In this document: positions 21,105 through 32,166 of the stretch, piece after piece
Position numbering within the stretch: position 1 is the stretch's first letter
Layout of the letters: each line of letters begins with the position of its first letter
Origin: Nitrospirota bacterium
GTDB lineage: Bacteria > Nitrospirota > UBA9217
Reading direction: 5' to 3'
Assembly: GCA_963749655.1 (NCBI GenBank)
Contig: CAVVOB010000013.1
Coordinates: 192,001 to 256,000 of the forward strand
Length of the DNA: 64,000 bases
The notes under the pieces: generated by a model
Databases searched by the model: none
What the model was told of the DNA's origin: nothing
What the model saw: the letters and a program-made list of their open reading frames with translations, nothing else
Made by a program: the position numbers and the translations under genes

Positions 21105-21988
21105 CTATCCCTTCCTTTCCGCAATTTTTCCGAAGATGCCCGAAGGCCGCACCAGCAGGATCAGGAACAGCAGACCGAAGGAGATGGCGTCGCGGAAATC
21201 GGAGGAGATATAGGCAACGCTCAGGATCTCGGACAGCCCCAGTATGATGCCGCCGACCATGGCGCCCCGCATGTCGCCCATGCCGCCGAGGATGATGACG
21301 GCGATGCCCCGGTGCAGGATGGGGCCGCCCATGAAAGTGTGGATGGCGTTGAAGTTGAGGCCCGTGAGCACTCCCGCGGCGCCGCCGAGCGCCGAGGACA
21401 GGAAGGAGGTGAATCTGTAGATCCGCTCCACGGGGATGCCGAGGAGGGCGGCGGTGCGGGCGATTCTCCGCAACGGCGCGCACCGCGGTCCCCCAGGCGG
21501 TCCGTTTGAGCAGCAGGACCATGACGATGCATGAGCGCGAAGGAGACACCGATGATGATGAGCTGGAGAAGCGACAGCTGGACGCCCGGCAGCGAATAAA
21601 ACGTGGAGGGAACCAAATCGAAGGGGAAGCGGTAGACCTCGGCGCCGAAGACGCCCTGGTATATGCTCGTGATGATGGTGGCGCAGCCGATCGTGGCGAT
21701 CATGGGGGCCAGATGATGGTGCTTCTTCTTCCGAAGAGGGCGGACGGCAAGGAAGTCGATGGCAAATCCAAGGGTGCCGGCAACGATCATGCCCGCGGCC
21801 ATGGCCGGAAGGACGCCGACCCCGAGGCTCGTGGCTGCCGTCAGTCCGGCGAAGGCGCCTGCCATGAACACCGCTCCGTGGGCCAGGGAGATGATCTCCA
21901 GCACGCCGAAGATCAGCGTGAAACCCAGGGCGAAGAGGGCGTAGACGGAACCAAGGGCGATGCCGTTGGCGAGCTGCTGTAAGAACAC
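21105..21988 (-). CDS. livH: ABC permease LivH-like (frameshifts near 21465-21530)
   Basis: NGIALGSVYALFALG, AHG, IILGGMG and LVRPSGIFG motifs. Confidence 0.85.
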
Positions 21989-22229
21989 GGGGACCTCAAA
22001 TAATAACAGATCTACTGAAAGGCGCGCCCAGACCGCTGCAGAAGACCGCTAATACGTTCGCGATTCGCGTATGCGCGAAGACGCGTCATGTCAAAGAAAC
22101 TCGAAGAGTGTCAAATACCTGACATGATCACGTACGCGGGAATAGGGTCTTGGCGCGATGCATGCGTCTTTCCGATTCCGGACTTGCATTCCGCTGTCCA
22201 GCGATTCGAACATTCGCGAATTTGGATTT

Positions 22230-23371
22230 CTAATCCGCGTACAGCGTAAAGCGGCGGTCCTTCACGATCAGGACGCGGCCTTTCTGCTCTGCATCGCGGT
22301 TCTCATCAAAGGAAAACAGGCCGCCCACGCCGTGGAAGTTTTTCACCTTGGCGAGGTTGTCCCTGAGAGCGGTCCGGTCCTTCTCGATATCGCCGGTCAG
22401 CTTTGTTTTCCTGAGCGCCTCGGCCATGATGTTGAGCGCGTCATAAGCCTGGGCTGCGAACTGGTCGGGGTCGATGCCGTATTTCTTCTTGAAAGCGGCC
22501 GCGAATTTCTTGTTCCGGGGGCTCGGATCGTCGAGGAACCAGGGGCTGCCGCTGATAGCGCCGTCGGCTGCCTTGCCCGCGATCTCCACCAGTTTCTGGG
22601 AGTTGAAACCGTTGCCGCCGATGAAGTGGATCGTCTCGGGGATGCCGAGCTTTCGCGCCTGGAGGATGATGTTCGCCGCCTCCTCCACGAGCGCCGAGCA
22701 GACGATGGCGTCGGGGTTGAGCGATTTGATCTTCGTCAGCTGGGCCGAAAAGTCGATGTCGCCCTTGGCAAAGGTCTCGGTGGCAACGACCTCAAGCTTC
22801 TCCGCTTCCAATACCTTCTTGAATACGTCATAGCCGGACTTGGTGAAGGCGTCGTCATTGCCGTACAGGACCGCCACTTTTCTGAGGCCCAGTTTCTTCT
22901 TCGCCGCCCGCACAACTTTCGGCAGGATGTCCGCTTCGGCAACGGAGTTCCGGAAGACGTAGGGTCCGATGGCGGTGATCCCGTCGGCGGTGTTCGACGT
23001 GCCGAAGACGACGGTCTTTGGCAGCGTTCGCAATGGGGTCCGCTGCAAAGGCGGAGTTGGAGAGCGTGGGACCGAAGACGGCCAGGACCCGGTCCGTGAA
23101 GATAAGTTTCTTGAACACGGTTATGGCCTCTTCCTTCTTGCCCTGCTCATCTTCGATCACCAGGGTGAGCGGGCGAGCCGTTGATCCCTCCCGCAGCGTT
23201 GATCTCTTCGGCGGCAAGGGCGAACCCGTTTCTGATGGGGACGCCGTACTTTGCGATGGGGCCGGTCAGCGCTTCGGCAACGCCGATCTTGATCTCGCCT
23301 GCCGAGGCGGGGATTGTAGTGGAAAGAAAAACTGCGAAAAGAAGAGCAACAGCAGTCAAACAGGATCTCAT
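22230..23371 (-). CDS. livK: Liv-family periplasmic substrate-binding protein (frameshifts near 23030 and 23190)
   Basis: Signal peptide, KIGVAEALTG, EEINAAGGING, DFSAQLTKIK and AQAYDA; GGAGG RBS. Confidence 0.85.
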
Positions 23372-23415
23372 CAGGCACCTCCAGGATTATGTGATAATGC
23401 CGGACCGCGGCCGTC

Positions 23416-23978
23416 AACCATGGGCGGCTTCGCCGCACAGGTGAGAAAAGGTCAAACGTAATGAAACCACAGATAAACACAGATTGACACAGATAGAAAA
23501 GATATACGAAGCCTGGGTTTAATCCGTGTTCATCAGTGTTCATCCGTGGTTAAAATTTCACTTTTCCAGGGTTGCATATCCGTACCACTATAAGGGATGA
23601 GTTAACCACGGGCGGCGTCGCCGCACACGGCTGAAAAGGCCAAACGTTATGAAACCACAGATAAACACAGATTGACACAGATAGAAAAGATATACGAAGC
23701 CTTGGGTTTAATCAGTGTTCATCTGTGTTCATCCGTGGTTAAAATTTTACTTTTCCAGGGTTGCATGTCCGTACCACTATAAGGGATGAGTTAACCACGG
23801 GCGGCGTCGCCGCACACGGCTGAAAAGGCCAAACGTTATGAAACCACAGATAAACACAGATTGACACAGATAGAAAAGATATACGAAGCCCTTGGGTTTA
23901 ATCAGTGTTCATCTGTGTTCATCTGTGGTTAAAATGAACTTTTTGTCCCGGTTTTCTACCGTGTTCATCCGTGGTTAC
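23416..23978. repeat. Tandem array of about 188-bp units (2 complete plus 1 partial), each containing a GCGGC-TTC/GTC-GCCGC hairpin and a CACAGAT palindromic element
   Basis: Units start at 23416, 23604 and 23793 and are near-identical. Confidence 0.92.
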
Positions 23979-23988
23979 GTGAAGTGAT

Positions 23989-25017
23989 TTATGTGTTCGG
24001 TTCGATGATGACCTTCATGCACCCGTCGGGCTGTGCGCCGGTCATGAACGCTTCGACGATGCGGTCGATGCCGAACCGGTGCGTCACCATATCGGTCACC
24101 TCGACGACACCGTGCCGGATGAGCTCCAGGGCCTGCATGTTGTCGAGCGGGGCCGCTCCGTAGCAGGTCCTGATCGTGATGTCGTCGCGCCAGAAGGGGT
24201 TGAAGTCCACTGCAACGGTCTCGCCCGGCTTCGGCACGGCGAAGAAGAGGATCGTGCCGCCCCGTTCCGCCGAGGCGAGCGCGGTCCTGGCCGCGGGCAG
24301 GGCGCCGGCAGAGAGGATGACCGCGTCGGCCAGCCGTCCGTCGTTGACCTTCCTGATGAACGCGGGCACGTCCTCGTTTGCCGCGATCGTATGGTTTGCG
24401 CCGAACTGCCGTGCCTTTTCCATCCGGTAAGGGCTGAGGTCGGTTGCGATGATGTTCCCCGCGCCCAGGGCGCGGGCCAGCTTGATCATCAGCATGCCCG
24501 CGACGCCGCTGCCGCAGACGAGCACGCTCTGTCCGGGCTTCAGGCCGACGGTCCTCATAGCGCGCACCGCTGTTGCCAGCGGTTCGATGAACGTGGCCTG
24601 CTCGAAGGTGACTGAATCAGGGAGTTTGATCGTGCCGGTCTCGACGCTCCTGCCGGTCACGCACAGGAGCTGGGAAAAGCCGCCGGGCTCGAAATTGTTG
24701 ACGCTCTGGAAGGTCGTGCAGGCCGTTTCGTGGCCGGTGAGGCAGTGGTAGCAGGCGTTGCACGGGACATGGTGGGTCACGAAGACACGGTCCCCGGGCT
24801 TCACGTTCGTGACGAGCTTCCCGGCCTCGACCACGACGCCGGCCGGCTCGTGGCCCAGGACGAGCGGCGCCCGTTTGATCCGGTACCACTCCATCAGGTC
24901 CGAGCCGCAGAGGCCGCAGGCCATGATCCTGACCACGATGTCGCGGTCGCCGGCCTTCGGTTCAGGCCGTTCTTCCACGCGGACATCGCTGTTCTTGTAG
25001 TAAACGCCGACTTTCAT
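23989..25017 (-). CDS. Zn-dependent medium-chain alcohol dehydrogenase (sorbitol/iditol DH-like)
   Basis: CGLCGSD, GHE, CNACYHC...C and EPLA motifs; GSGVAG Rossmann loop. Confidence 0.9.
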   Translation of the reverse strand: MKVGVYYKNSDVRVEERPEPKAGDRDIVVRIMACGLCGSDLMEWYRIKRAPLVLGHEPAGVVVEAGKLVTNVKPGDRVFVTHHVPCNACYHCLTGHETACTTFQSVNNFEPGGFSQLLCVTGRSVETGTIKLPDSVTFEQATFIEPLATAVRAMRTVGLKPGQSVLVCGSGVAGMLMIKLARALGAGNIIATDLSPYRMEKARQFGANHTIAANEDVPAFIRKVNDGRLADAVILSAGALPAARTALASAERGGTILFFAVPKPGETVAVDFNPFWRDDITIRTCYGAAPLDNMQALELIRHGVVEVTDMVTHRFGIDRIVEAFMTGAQPDGCMKVIIEPNT

Positions 25018-25184
25018 TTTTTTGTTTCACCATGCATAGGTTAAAAATGTCCTGGAAAAAAATGGTTTCGCGCAGGGACGCCGAGGCGCGGAGAAAGGCC
25101 AGATCGTAAATTCAGGCACTGCGAATTTAGTTTTCTCTGCGTTCTCCGCGGCTCCGCGCGAGACATGCATTTAGTCTTTGATTG

Positions 25185-26062
25185 TTACTTGCTCTTCACG
25201 TCCTGGTAATACTGATACGCTTCCTTCACGCTCGCGCCTTCATGAACGACCTTGCGCACGGCGTTGATCATGGCGACGGGAGCGTCGGACTGGAAGATGT
25301 TCCTTCCCATGTCCACGCCCGAGGCGCCCTGGCTGATGGCGTCGTGGGCCATCTGGAGCGCGTCCTTTTCCGGAAGCTTCTTGCCGCCGGCCATCACGAT
25401 CGGCACCGGGCAGGCCGCGGCGACCTGCTCGAACCCGGGGACGTGGTAGGTCTTGACGAACGTCGCTCCGAGCTCGGCGCAGGATGCGCGTGGCAAGGCT
25501 GATATAACGCGCGTCGCGCACCATGTCCTTGCCCACGGCCGTGACTCCGAGCACCGGCATGCCGTAGCGCATGCCCGCGTCCACCAGCCGGGTCATGTTG
25601 TGGACCGACTGGGTCTCGTACTCGCCGCCGATGAAGACCTGCACGGCCACGGCGGACACGTTCATGCGCAGGGCGTCCTCCATGTCCACGGCGATCTGCT
25701 CGTTCGACAGCTCCTTCAGGATGCTCGGGCCGCCGCTCGCGCGCATGACCACGGAGTTGGAAACCGACGGATCGATCATGGAGCGCAGCATCCCGCGCGT
25801 CAGCATCAGGGCATCGGCATAGGGGATGAGCGGCCGGATCGTGACGTCGACCCGTTCGAGTCCGGTCGTCGGGCCCTGGAAATATCCATGGTCGAAGGCC
25901 AGCATCACGGTTTTGCCGGACTGGGGATTGAAGATCGCGGGCCAGCCTGTTCTTCATGCCCCAGTCGTAGGAGTTCGACCCCTTGAGAAAGAATGCGTCG
26001 CATTTCTGGGGGATGTCGGTATAGTAGTTTTTTTCTTTCTTCGAAAAATCCTGTTCTGCCAT
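25185..26062 (-). CDS. lsrF: LsrF-like thiolase / DhnA-family class I aldolase (frameshifts near 25487 and 25940)
   Basis: [12 protein letters not shown]...[31 protein letters not shown] and [11 protein letters not shown] motifs. Confidence 0.88.
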
Positions 26063-26247
26063 GGGAAAGCCTCCTTGATGGTTCACGGAAAGGTCATGGT
26101 ATGAATTGCATGATAAGGGCTCTAATGTAAAGCAAGACCCTGAATAAATCAAGGGGAAAATCGAATATCCGGGCGCAGGAGGCGCTTGAAAACGGTCCGT
26201 AAAGGTGTATATTGTCCTGCGCTGTATAACGGAAGGAAGAACCTATC

Positions 26248-26724
26248 GTGAAACTGTTCTTCGGAAAAAAGGTGGTGGAAAGTACGCCCGCTCATGTGGT
26301 CGACCAGTGCGTCGAGTCTTTCAAAACAGGCATCAACTGCACCCAGGCCGTCCTGTCCGCCTACGGACCCCGCTACGGGGTGGACCAGGCGACGGCGCTG
26401 AAGATCGCCGCAGCCTTCGGGTCAGGCATGGGTACGGGAGACACCTGCGGCGCAGTGACCGGCGCGCTCATGGTCATCGGCCTGAAGCACACGAAAGTGA
26501 AGGGATTCGGCCTCCTTTCGAAAGACAGGACCGAGGCGGCGGCCCAGGAGCTCATTGCGGAATTCAAAAAACGGAACAACACCGTGATCTGCAGGGAGCT
26601 TCTCGGTTGCGATCTGGGCACGGCGGAAGGCCAGCAGACAGCGAAGCGGGAAAAACACTTCAAGAAGCGCTGCCCCAGGTACGTCCGCGATGCGGCGGAG
26701 ATCATCGAGGAAATGCTGAAATGA
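26248..26724 (+). CDS. C_GCAxxG_C_C family redox-active protein
   Basis: NCTQAV, TCGAVTG, VICRELL and RCPRYV cysteine pattern. Confidence 0.88.
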   Translation: MKLFFGKKVVESTPAHVVDQCVESFKTGINCTQAVLSAYGPRYGVDQATALKIAAAFGSGMGTGDTCGAVTGALMVIGLKHTKVKGFGLLSKDRTEAAAQELIAEFKKRNNTVICRELLGCDLGTAEGQQTAKREKHFKKRCPRYVRDAAEIIEEMLK

Positions 26725-26817
26725 GAATGGGGAATGCGGAATGCGGAATGCGGAGGTTTCGATTGTACTCCTGGCCCCTTGCTACTGGCTACTGGACCCT
26801 GATTTAATGACTTGCAG

Positions 26818-27033
26818 CTATCTGCGCAGCAGGGTGCCGACGGCCTTGACGATGAGCAGGACCCAGGGAGTGCCGTGCAGCACGAGATCGAACCAGTCGA
26901 TGGGCCGCACGAGCCGGCCCTTTGCGAGCATCTGCAGCTTTTCCCAGATATGGGGCGGCGCAAAGGGCGCCAGGCCCAGGGTCAGGCAGGCAACGATGAG
27001 CAGGTTCCAGGGCAGTTTGGGCATGAATTCCAT
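26818..27033 (-). CDS. Small conserved membrane protein
   Basis: TLGLAPFAPPHIWEKL...PIDWFDLVLHG; AAGGAG RBS. Confidence 0.8.
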   Translation of the reverse strand: MEFMPKLPWNLLIVACLTLGLAPFAPPHIWEKLQMLAKGRLVRPIDWFDLVLHGTPWVLLIVKAVGTLLRR

Positions 27034-27119
27034 TTAGTAAAACTCCTTGAAGAGGCGGCTTGTCATGACGTTGGCGCAAGGCCCCGGCTTTCCCCCGCCG
27101 GGCTTGGTCTGAAAAATTT

Positions 27120-27671
27120 TTACCTCGTTGTTGTCGTGGTCACGCTCTGCGGCACGACTGTCGACGTCTGGATCGATGTCAGGAACTGCCAGTCGCTGTA
27201 TTTCTCCTTGCCCTCGAAATTAATGTACTGGTCCGGGAAGTTCGTCTGCTTCAGCGGCGTCTTTTCGCTTTTGCTGTAGACACCGATGATGCGCTTGCTG
27301 AGCTGGTCCCGGAGGAGCTCGAAGTCCTCGCCGGTCATGGGGTCCTTGTACTGCCTGCGCAGGTGGCGCTTGCCGGTCGGCGTGCGGCTGTCCTTGAGCA
27401 GCTCCTCCACGCTGGGGGGGTACTGGGGCCTGCCGGGCAGCGCATAGTAGTACCGTTCAATGGCCAGGCGGTACTGGTCTCCCCGGAAGAGCAGTTCCTC
27501 CTCCCTGTCGCGCGCCATGACATTCTGCCAGTACTTGCCTGCCGCGCCGAGGCTGATGCCGATGATGGCGAGCACGAAGATCAGCCCGATATACGTGAAG
27601 CCCCGTGAAACACGGATCGCCGCAGGTTGATCGGGCGTTCTTTCTCTTCCGGTCCGGGGTCCCCGCTCCAT
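27120..27671 (-). CDS. Type II secretion pseudopilin-like protein
   Basis: G|FTYIGLIFVLAIIG prepilin-like segment plus REEELLFRG and HLRRQYKDPMTG. Start codon uncertain. Confidence 0.8.
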   Translation of the reverse strand: MERGPRTGRERTPDQPAAIRVSRGFTYIGLIFVLAIIGISLGAAGKYWQNVMARDREEELLFRGDQYRLAIERYYYALPGRPQYPPSVEELLKDSRTPTGKRHLRRQYKDPMTGEDFELLRDQLSKRIIGVYSKSEKTPLKQTNFPDQYINFEGKEKYSDWQFLTSIQTSTVVPQSVTTTTTR

Positions 27672-27702
27672 GATCGCCGGCGAAAACCACGTCCGACTGT
27701 CC

Positions 27703-30700
27703 TCATTCGACCTTCCCTTGCCGCAGGAACTTCCCGTTGCATTCGTAGGAAAGCTCCGCCGTGGCGCGGCTGCGGCTGCCCGCGTCAGGGCTTCGGTAGA
27801 GGTACTGGAGCCTTTGGGGGGCGGTGTCCGCCGTCATTTCATAGAACACGGTGTTTCCTGTTTCCGTCCCGCCCTCGCTCGTCCACAGGACGCGTGCGCC
27901 CTGGGGAAGCGTTATCATCACGCGCGCTTTGACCGGTCCGCCGTTCGCCGTCACGAGAAGTTCTTCCCCCCGGATAGCGCCCTCGTCGTTTCCTTCGGGG
28001 GCAGCACTGCTCACGGCGGAGCGGATCAGCAGACTATACGGCGGTGTGGTGCCTGCATCGCGCGCCGAGCGGGTGATGGAAAAAGGCATCATCAGGACGC
28101 GTCCTGCTCCTGCTTTATCGATCAGCGCAAGGGGCTCATGGCCGGGGCCGACCAGGGCTACGGCCTTTGCTCCCTCCCTGGCGGGAAGGTACACAGTCCC
28201 GCTTATCGGAACCGATCCCGACAGGCTCATTCCCGAATCTTGCGGAAAGGTGAGGAAGAAGCTCTTTCCGGCGAGCGGAGCGCTGAACCGGAACCCGAAA
28301 TTCTCGGCTGCCCCCGGCTTCGTTCGCCCGGCCCGATGATCACGAGCGTGCTGCCGTGGGTCACGCGGTCCTGGAGCCATGCCGTCTGTTCGAGCGGTTC
28401 GTCGATATCGAAGAGCAGGAAGATATTGTAGAGCCCGCCCATGGCCTGGTTCTTGAAGTCCGCGGCGGAGTCCACGGTCCGGTAAAAGACGTCGTCGCTA
28501 AAGGCCTGTTTCACGATATTCTGGGCGATGGCCTGTTCCAGCGTGGTGGAAGACTTCCCGATCCAGATCAGGACACGGGGGAGGGGGCTTCGCCCCCTGG
28601 ACATTTCCGCCGGCGCCTTGACATTCAGCGCCTGCTCAGCCAGAAGAAACTCGCGCGTTACGCCGTATTCCGAGTTCGTCACCGACGCTTTCAAGGTGAC
28701 CACATAGTTTCCCTGCGGGAAGTCCATCCGTTCGAAGCGCACGGGCTTCGTGTCCGTGGAAAAGGGGAACTGGCCTGTGTAGGCCGACATACCGGAAGAG
28801 GCAGACCTGACGGCGAGCTTTACCTGACCTGCTGAAACAGGAATGTTTCCGACGCTCTGGAGGCCGTATTCGATCGTAAAGGGCAGGCACTGGGCCGCTT
28901 TCTGAGGCGTTCTGTCGAGTGTTCCCGCGACGGCGAGCGTGGGTACGATTGTTGCCGCGGAAGAAGCCGCAACGAGCGGATTATTCGCTCCCTGGGACAG
29001 CCGGGCCTGGAGGCGATATCCGCCCGCAGGCAGCCGCGGCGCCAGGAACGTCCGGTCGATCTGCTTCTCCGATCCCGGATCGATATCCGGAAACGCCACG
29101 GTCTCCGAGGACAGGGTGTTGCCGCGCGGTCCGATGACGTCGATCCGGAGACTGAGATTTTGATAAGGCTTGTCGGCGAGGTTCGCGGCTGCGACCCTGT
29201 ACACGATGCCTTCGTCGGCGCTCACCGGCTCCTTGCGCTGTTTGAGCGCCAGGACCACAGGAGGAACATTCAGCTTCAGGGACGCGTTAATGTTTTTCTC
29301 CTGCAGCGCCGTCTTGCCGCTGACGGCGTCCACAACGGCCGACAGCGTCCGTTCGCCGGCCTTCCCTGTAAGGTTCCAATCGATGGCCGCGACGTGTTCT
29401 GCGTCGGCCGGCAGCTGCGGGACATCGGCCCTGCCGATCAGCCGTCCCTTCCTCGAGGGGTCGCCTTCATACAAGGCGACGCGAACCGCTCCCGAAGGAC
29501 TCCTGCCGCGGTTCCGGACAATGACGCTGACGGGCGCGACCAGGCCGGTGATCTCTCCGGTCCGGAGACTGATGGTCAGATCGGGTAATTGGGCCCCGTA
29601 GATGAAGGGCCGTTCCAGGGAGCCGGCGAGGGCGTCTGCCGTGATGACGGCCTTCAGGCGATGGAGGCCCGGTCCGGGGTCGGGAATTGAAAATACGGGG
29701 ACGGAAAGGCCGGTGAGGGTGAGCTTTTCCTTGTCGATCCTCTTATCGTCCCGGTAGACCTCGATCGCGGCTTTGCCGCTACCGAAGACATAGACCGAAA
29801 GATCGATCGGCCCTGCCGGCTCGTAGGAAACCGGCCGTGACGGAGCTATTCCCAAAAGCGCGGCATTCCCCGCGTCGAGCAGGATACGGCCCGAGGCAAG
29901 GGCAACCGGTTCCGCGGGAAAGCCCGGTCCTGCGGGAAGCCGCGTCAAAAAGCTGTACTGGAGCTCCCAGATACCGGACCGGTCGGGCTTGAAGGGGAAG
30001 GAGATCGTCACCTCCTGGTCGCCTGGAGCAAGAGCAACACGCTTTTCACCGGCGGGCACAAAGACGCCGTCGGGTCTGCGGAGCCTGAGCTTCAGCTGCG
30101 TTGAAACCGCCAGGTCGCTTCGGACGCCGAACCGGCACGTACTGTCTCCGTTGCCAGCGCGCGCAAGCTCGGCGCGCCGGATCTGCACGCGGTATCCCGC
30201 TACATTGATCGGGGCGTCACCCGACCGGGCAGCGTGGCCCAGCGACTCGAGGTCCCAGTGGAGGTTGTAGGTCCCGGCAGGCAGCGGCGCGGGCAGGGGA
30301 AATTCCGTCCGAAAGTCGCCGGAGACCACCTGGTTCTCCACATAGCCGGGACCGGCCAGCGTCAGTTCTCCTTTTCCCATCTTGGACAGTTTCAGCGCGA
30401 CCTTGTCTCCGGGAACATACAGGTCACGGTCGAGCACGATCCCCTTTCCGTCGGGCGAAGGGGCGGTCACGGCGAGTCGCGCTATTGACCGTCCCGAGGG
30501 GGCATAGGCATTGACGGATATGGGGCCCGGCAAGGCGGTTTCCGGAACGTCGAAGGACAGGGTCGTTTTATCCGCGCTCGGCGTGAACCGCTGTTCCCGG
30601 CCCAAGGCGCGCACGAGGATTGTGGTCCCGCTTCCGGACGGTTTGCCGTCCGCGGACAGATCGACGATGAGCCGGTCTGTTTTTTTCAGGCGCTCCCAGC

Positions 30701-31940
30701 GGGCATTCATACGCAGATGAAGCGGAGCGCCCCCGGGAGATTCGGTCTTACGGGTCAGTGCCGCAGTCGGCGGCTGCCCCACGGAAAACCCTCCTCCGCT
30801 GCTTTCCACCCTGCCGGACAGGGCTTTGCCCGAGGCGTCGAGGAGTACGTATTCGAAGCGGTAAAGGCCCGGCCGAATGTTGTTCGGGATCGTGTTAGGG
30901 AGTACGAGCGATGCAGGCCGGTCATTGCCGATCCTCTCCGCAAGCGGGCGGGGCTGTTCGGTCCTTTCATCGTCAGGACCGACGACGAAGATCCTGATCG
31001 CCGCGGCCTCGCCCTGTTCGGGACCGCGGAACGGGACCGCGAGTTCGAGCTTGTCGCCTTTTTTTGCCATGACGGCGCGATCAGCGGATTTTGCCCAGAG
31101 CACGAGGTCCCGGAGCAGGATTTCCTCGTCCGGTTCGAGACGCTCATATGCGGAAGAAAAGTCCGGGAAGAGCGTGGCGACCACAATCCGTCCCGCGCCG
31201 TAAGGATAGACGATGAGCGTCGCGAACCCATCGGACCGGGACAGGAGCACCGAGGATTCAGCCGGGTACGAGGCAAGATAGCCGCTTGATTCGACGTCGG
31301 GAGTGTTCTTGGTCGTGCCGGCAAGCGCCGGGTGAGGGTTGCGTATTGATGAGGCGCCGAAGAGGGGCCCGGCGTCCTCGTTCCATCCCTTTGCCTCGAG
31401 GACGGAACCGGCGGGGACCGGCAGGGCGGAGAAGTCCGTTCCCTGCTGCTGGGCAAAGCAGAGGACGATGCCGCCGGAGCGCGCATATTCTTCGAGCCCT
31501 GCCTTGAAGAATTTCGATCCTGAGAGACCCTGGAGGCCGCCCGTCGGTATGATCAGGTAGGGCTTTGTTTTTTCGATCCCGGCGATCCTGTCAGGCTCGA
31601 CGAAGGCCGAGGGCTCCCTGAATCGGGCAAGGAGCGAGGGCCAGGATTCGAAAAAACCGCTTTTGAGCACCGCGGCATCGGGCCCGGCAATGAGCTCCTC
31701 GTCGAGGAGGCTGCCGTGCACACCCTTTTTTGCCCCGGTCCGGGCCACCCATGCCGGATCGGGCCGGGGAGAAGCGGGCGCTTCCTGGCGGAAGTAGTCG
31801 CTCAGCGTCGGGCTGCCTGTCACGGGGATCCAGACGGCATTATCGGCCGCCTCCTGTCCGGGGGCAGGCGATGAAGACAGCGCGATCAGAAGGGCGGCTG
31901 CGAGAATCAGCGATATGGCGGATCGTGTGAATATCATCAT
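27703..31940 (-). CDS. Large exported multidomain protein with CARDB/Ig-like modules (frameshift near 28330)
   Basis: Signal peptide, LPDLTI...VRNRG...VALYEGDP...AVVD CARDB-like motif; two ORFs overlap in different frames. Confidence 0.75.
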
Positions 31941-32166
31941 GGATTTGCTTTCTGCATGCCGGATGCCGGTGTTCAGGTCAGGGAGGGTGCGTGGCATTTC
32001 ATTCTCTGGCGAAAGCGTATTTAAGTGATGATCTCGTAAAAAATCTTTTTAGCACAGAAGTCACAAAAAGCACATAAAACGTTGATCCTATTTTGTGCGC
32101 TCTGTGCATTTTGCGGCAAATCCCTGGTTCTTACGAAGCCGGCAAGCATGCCGCCTTCTGCTTCTT

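Noticed and set aside
23416-23978. Possible CRISPR array
   Set aside because: Whole ~188-bp units are repeated, there are no unique spacers and there are no cas genes.
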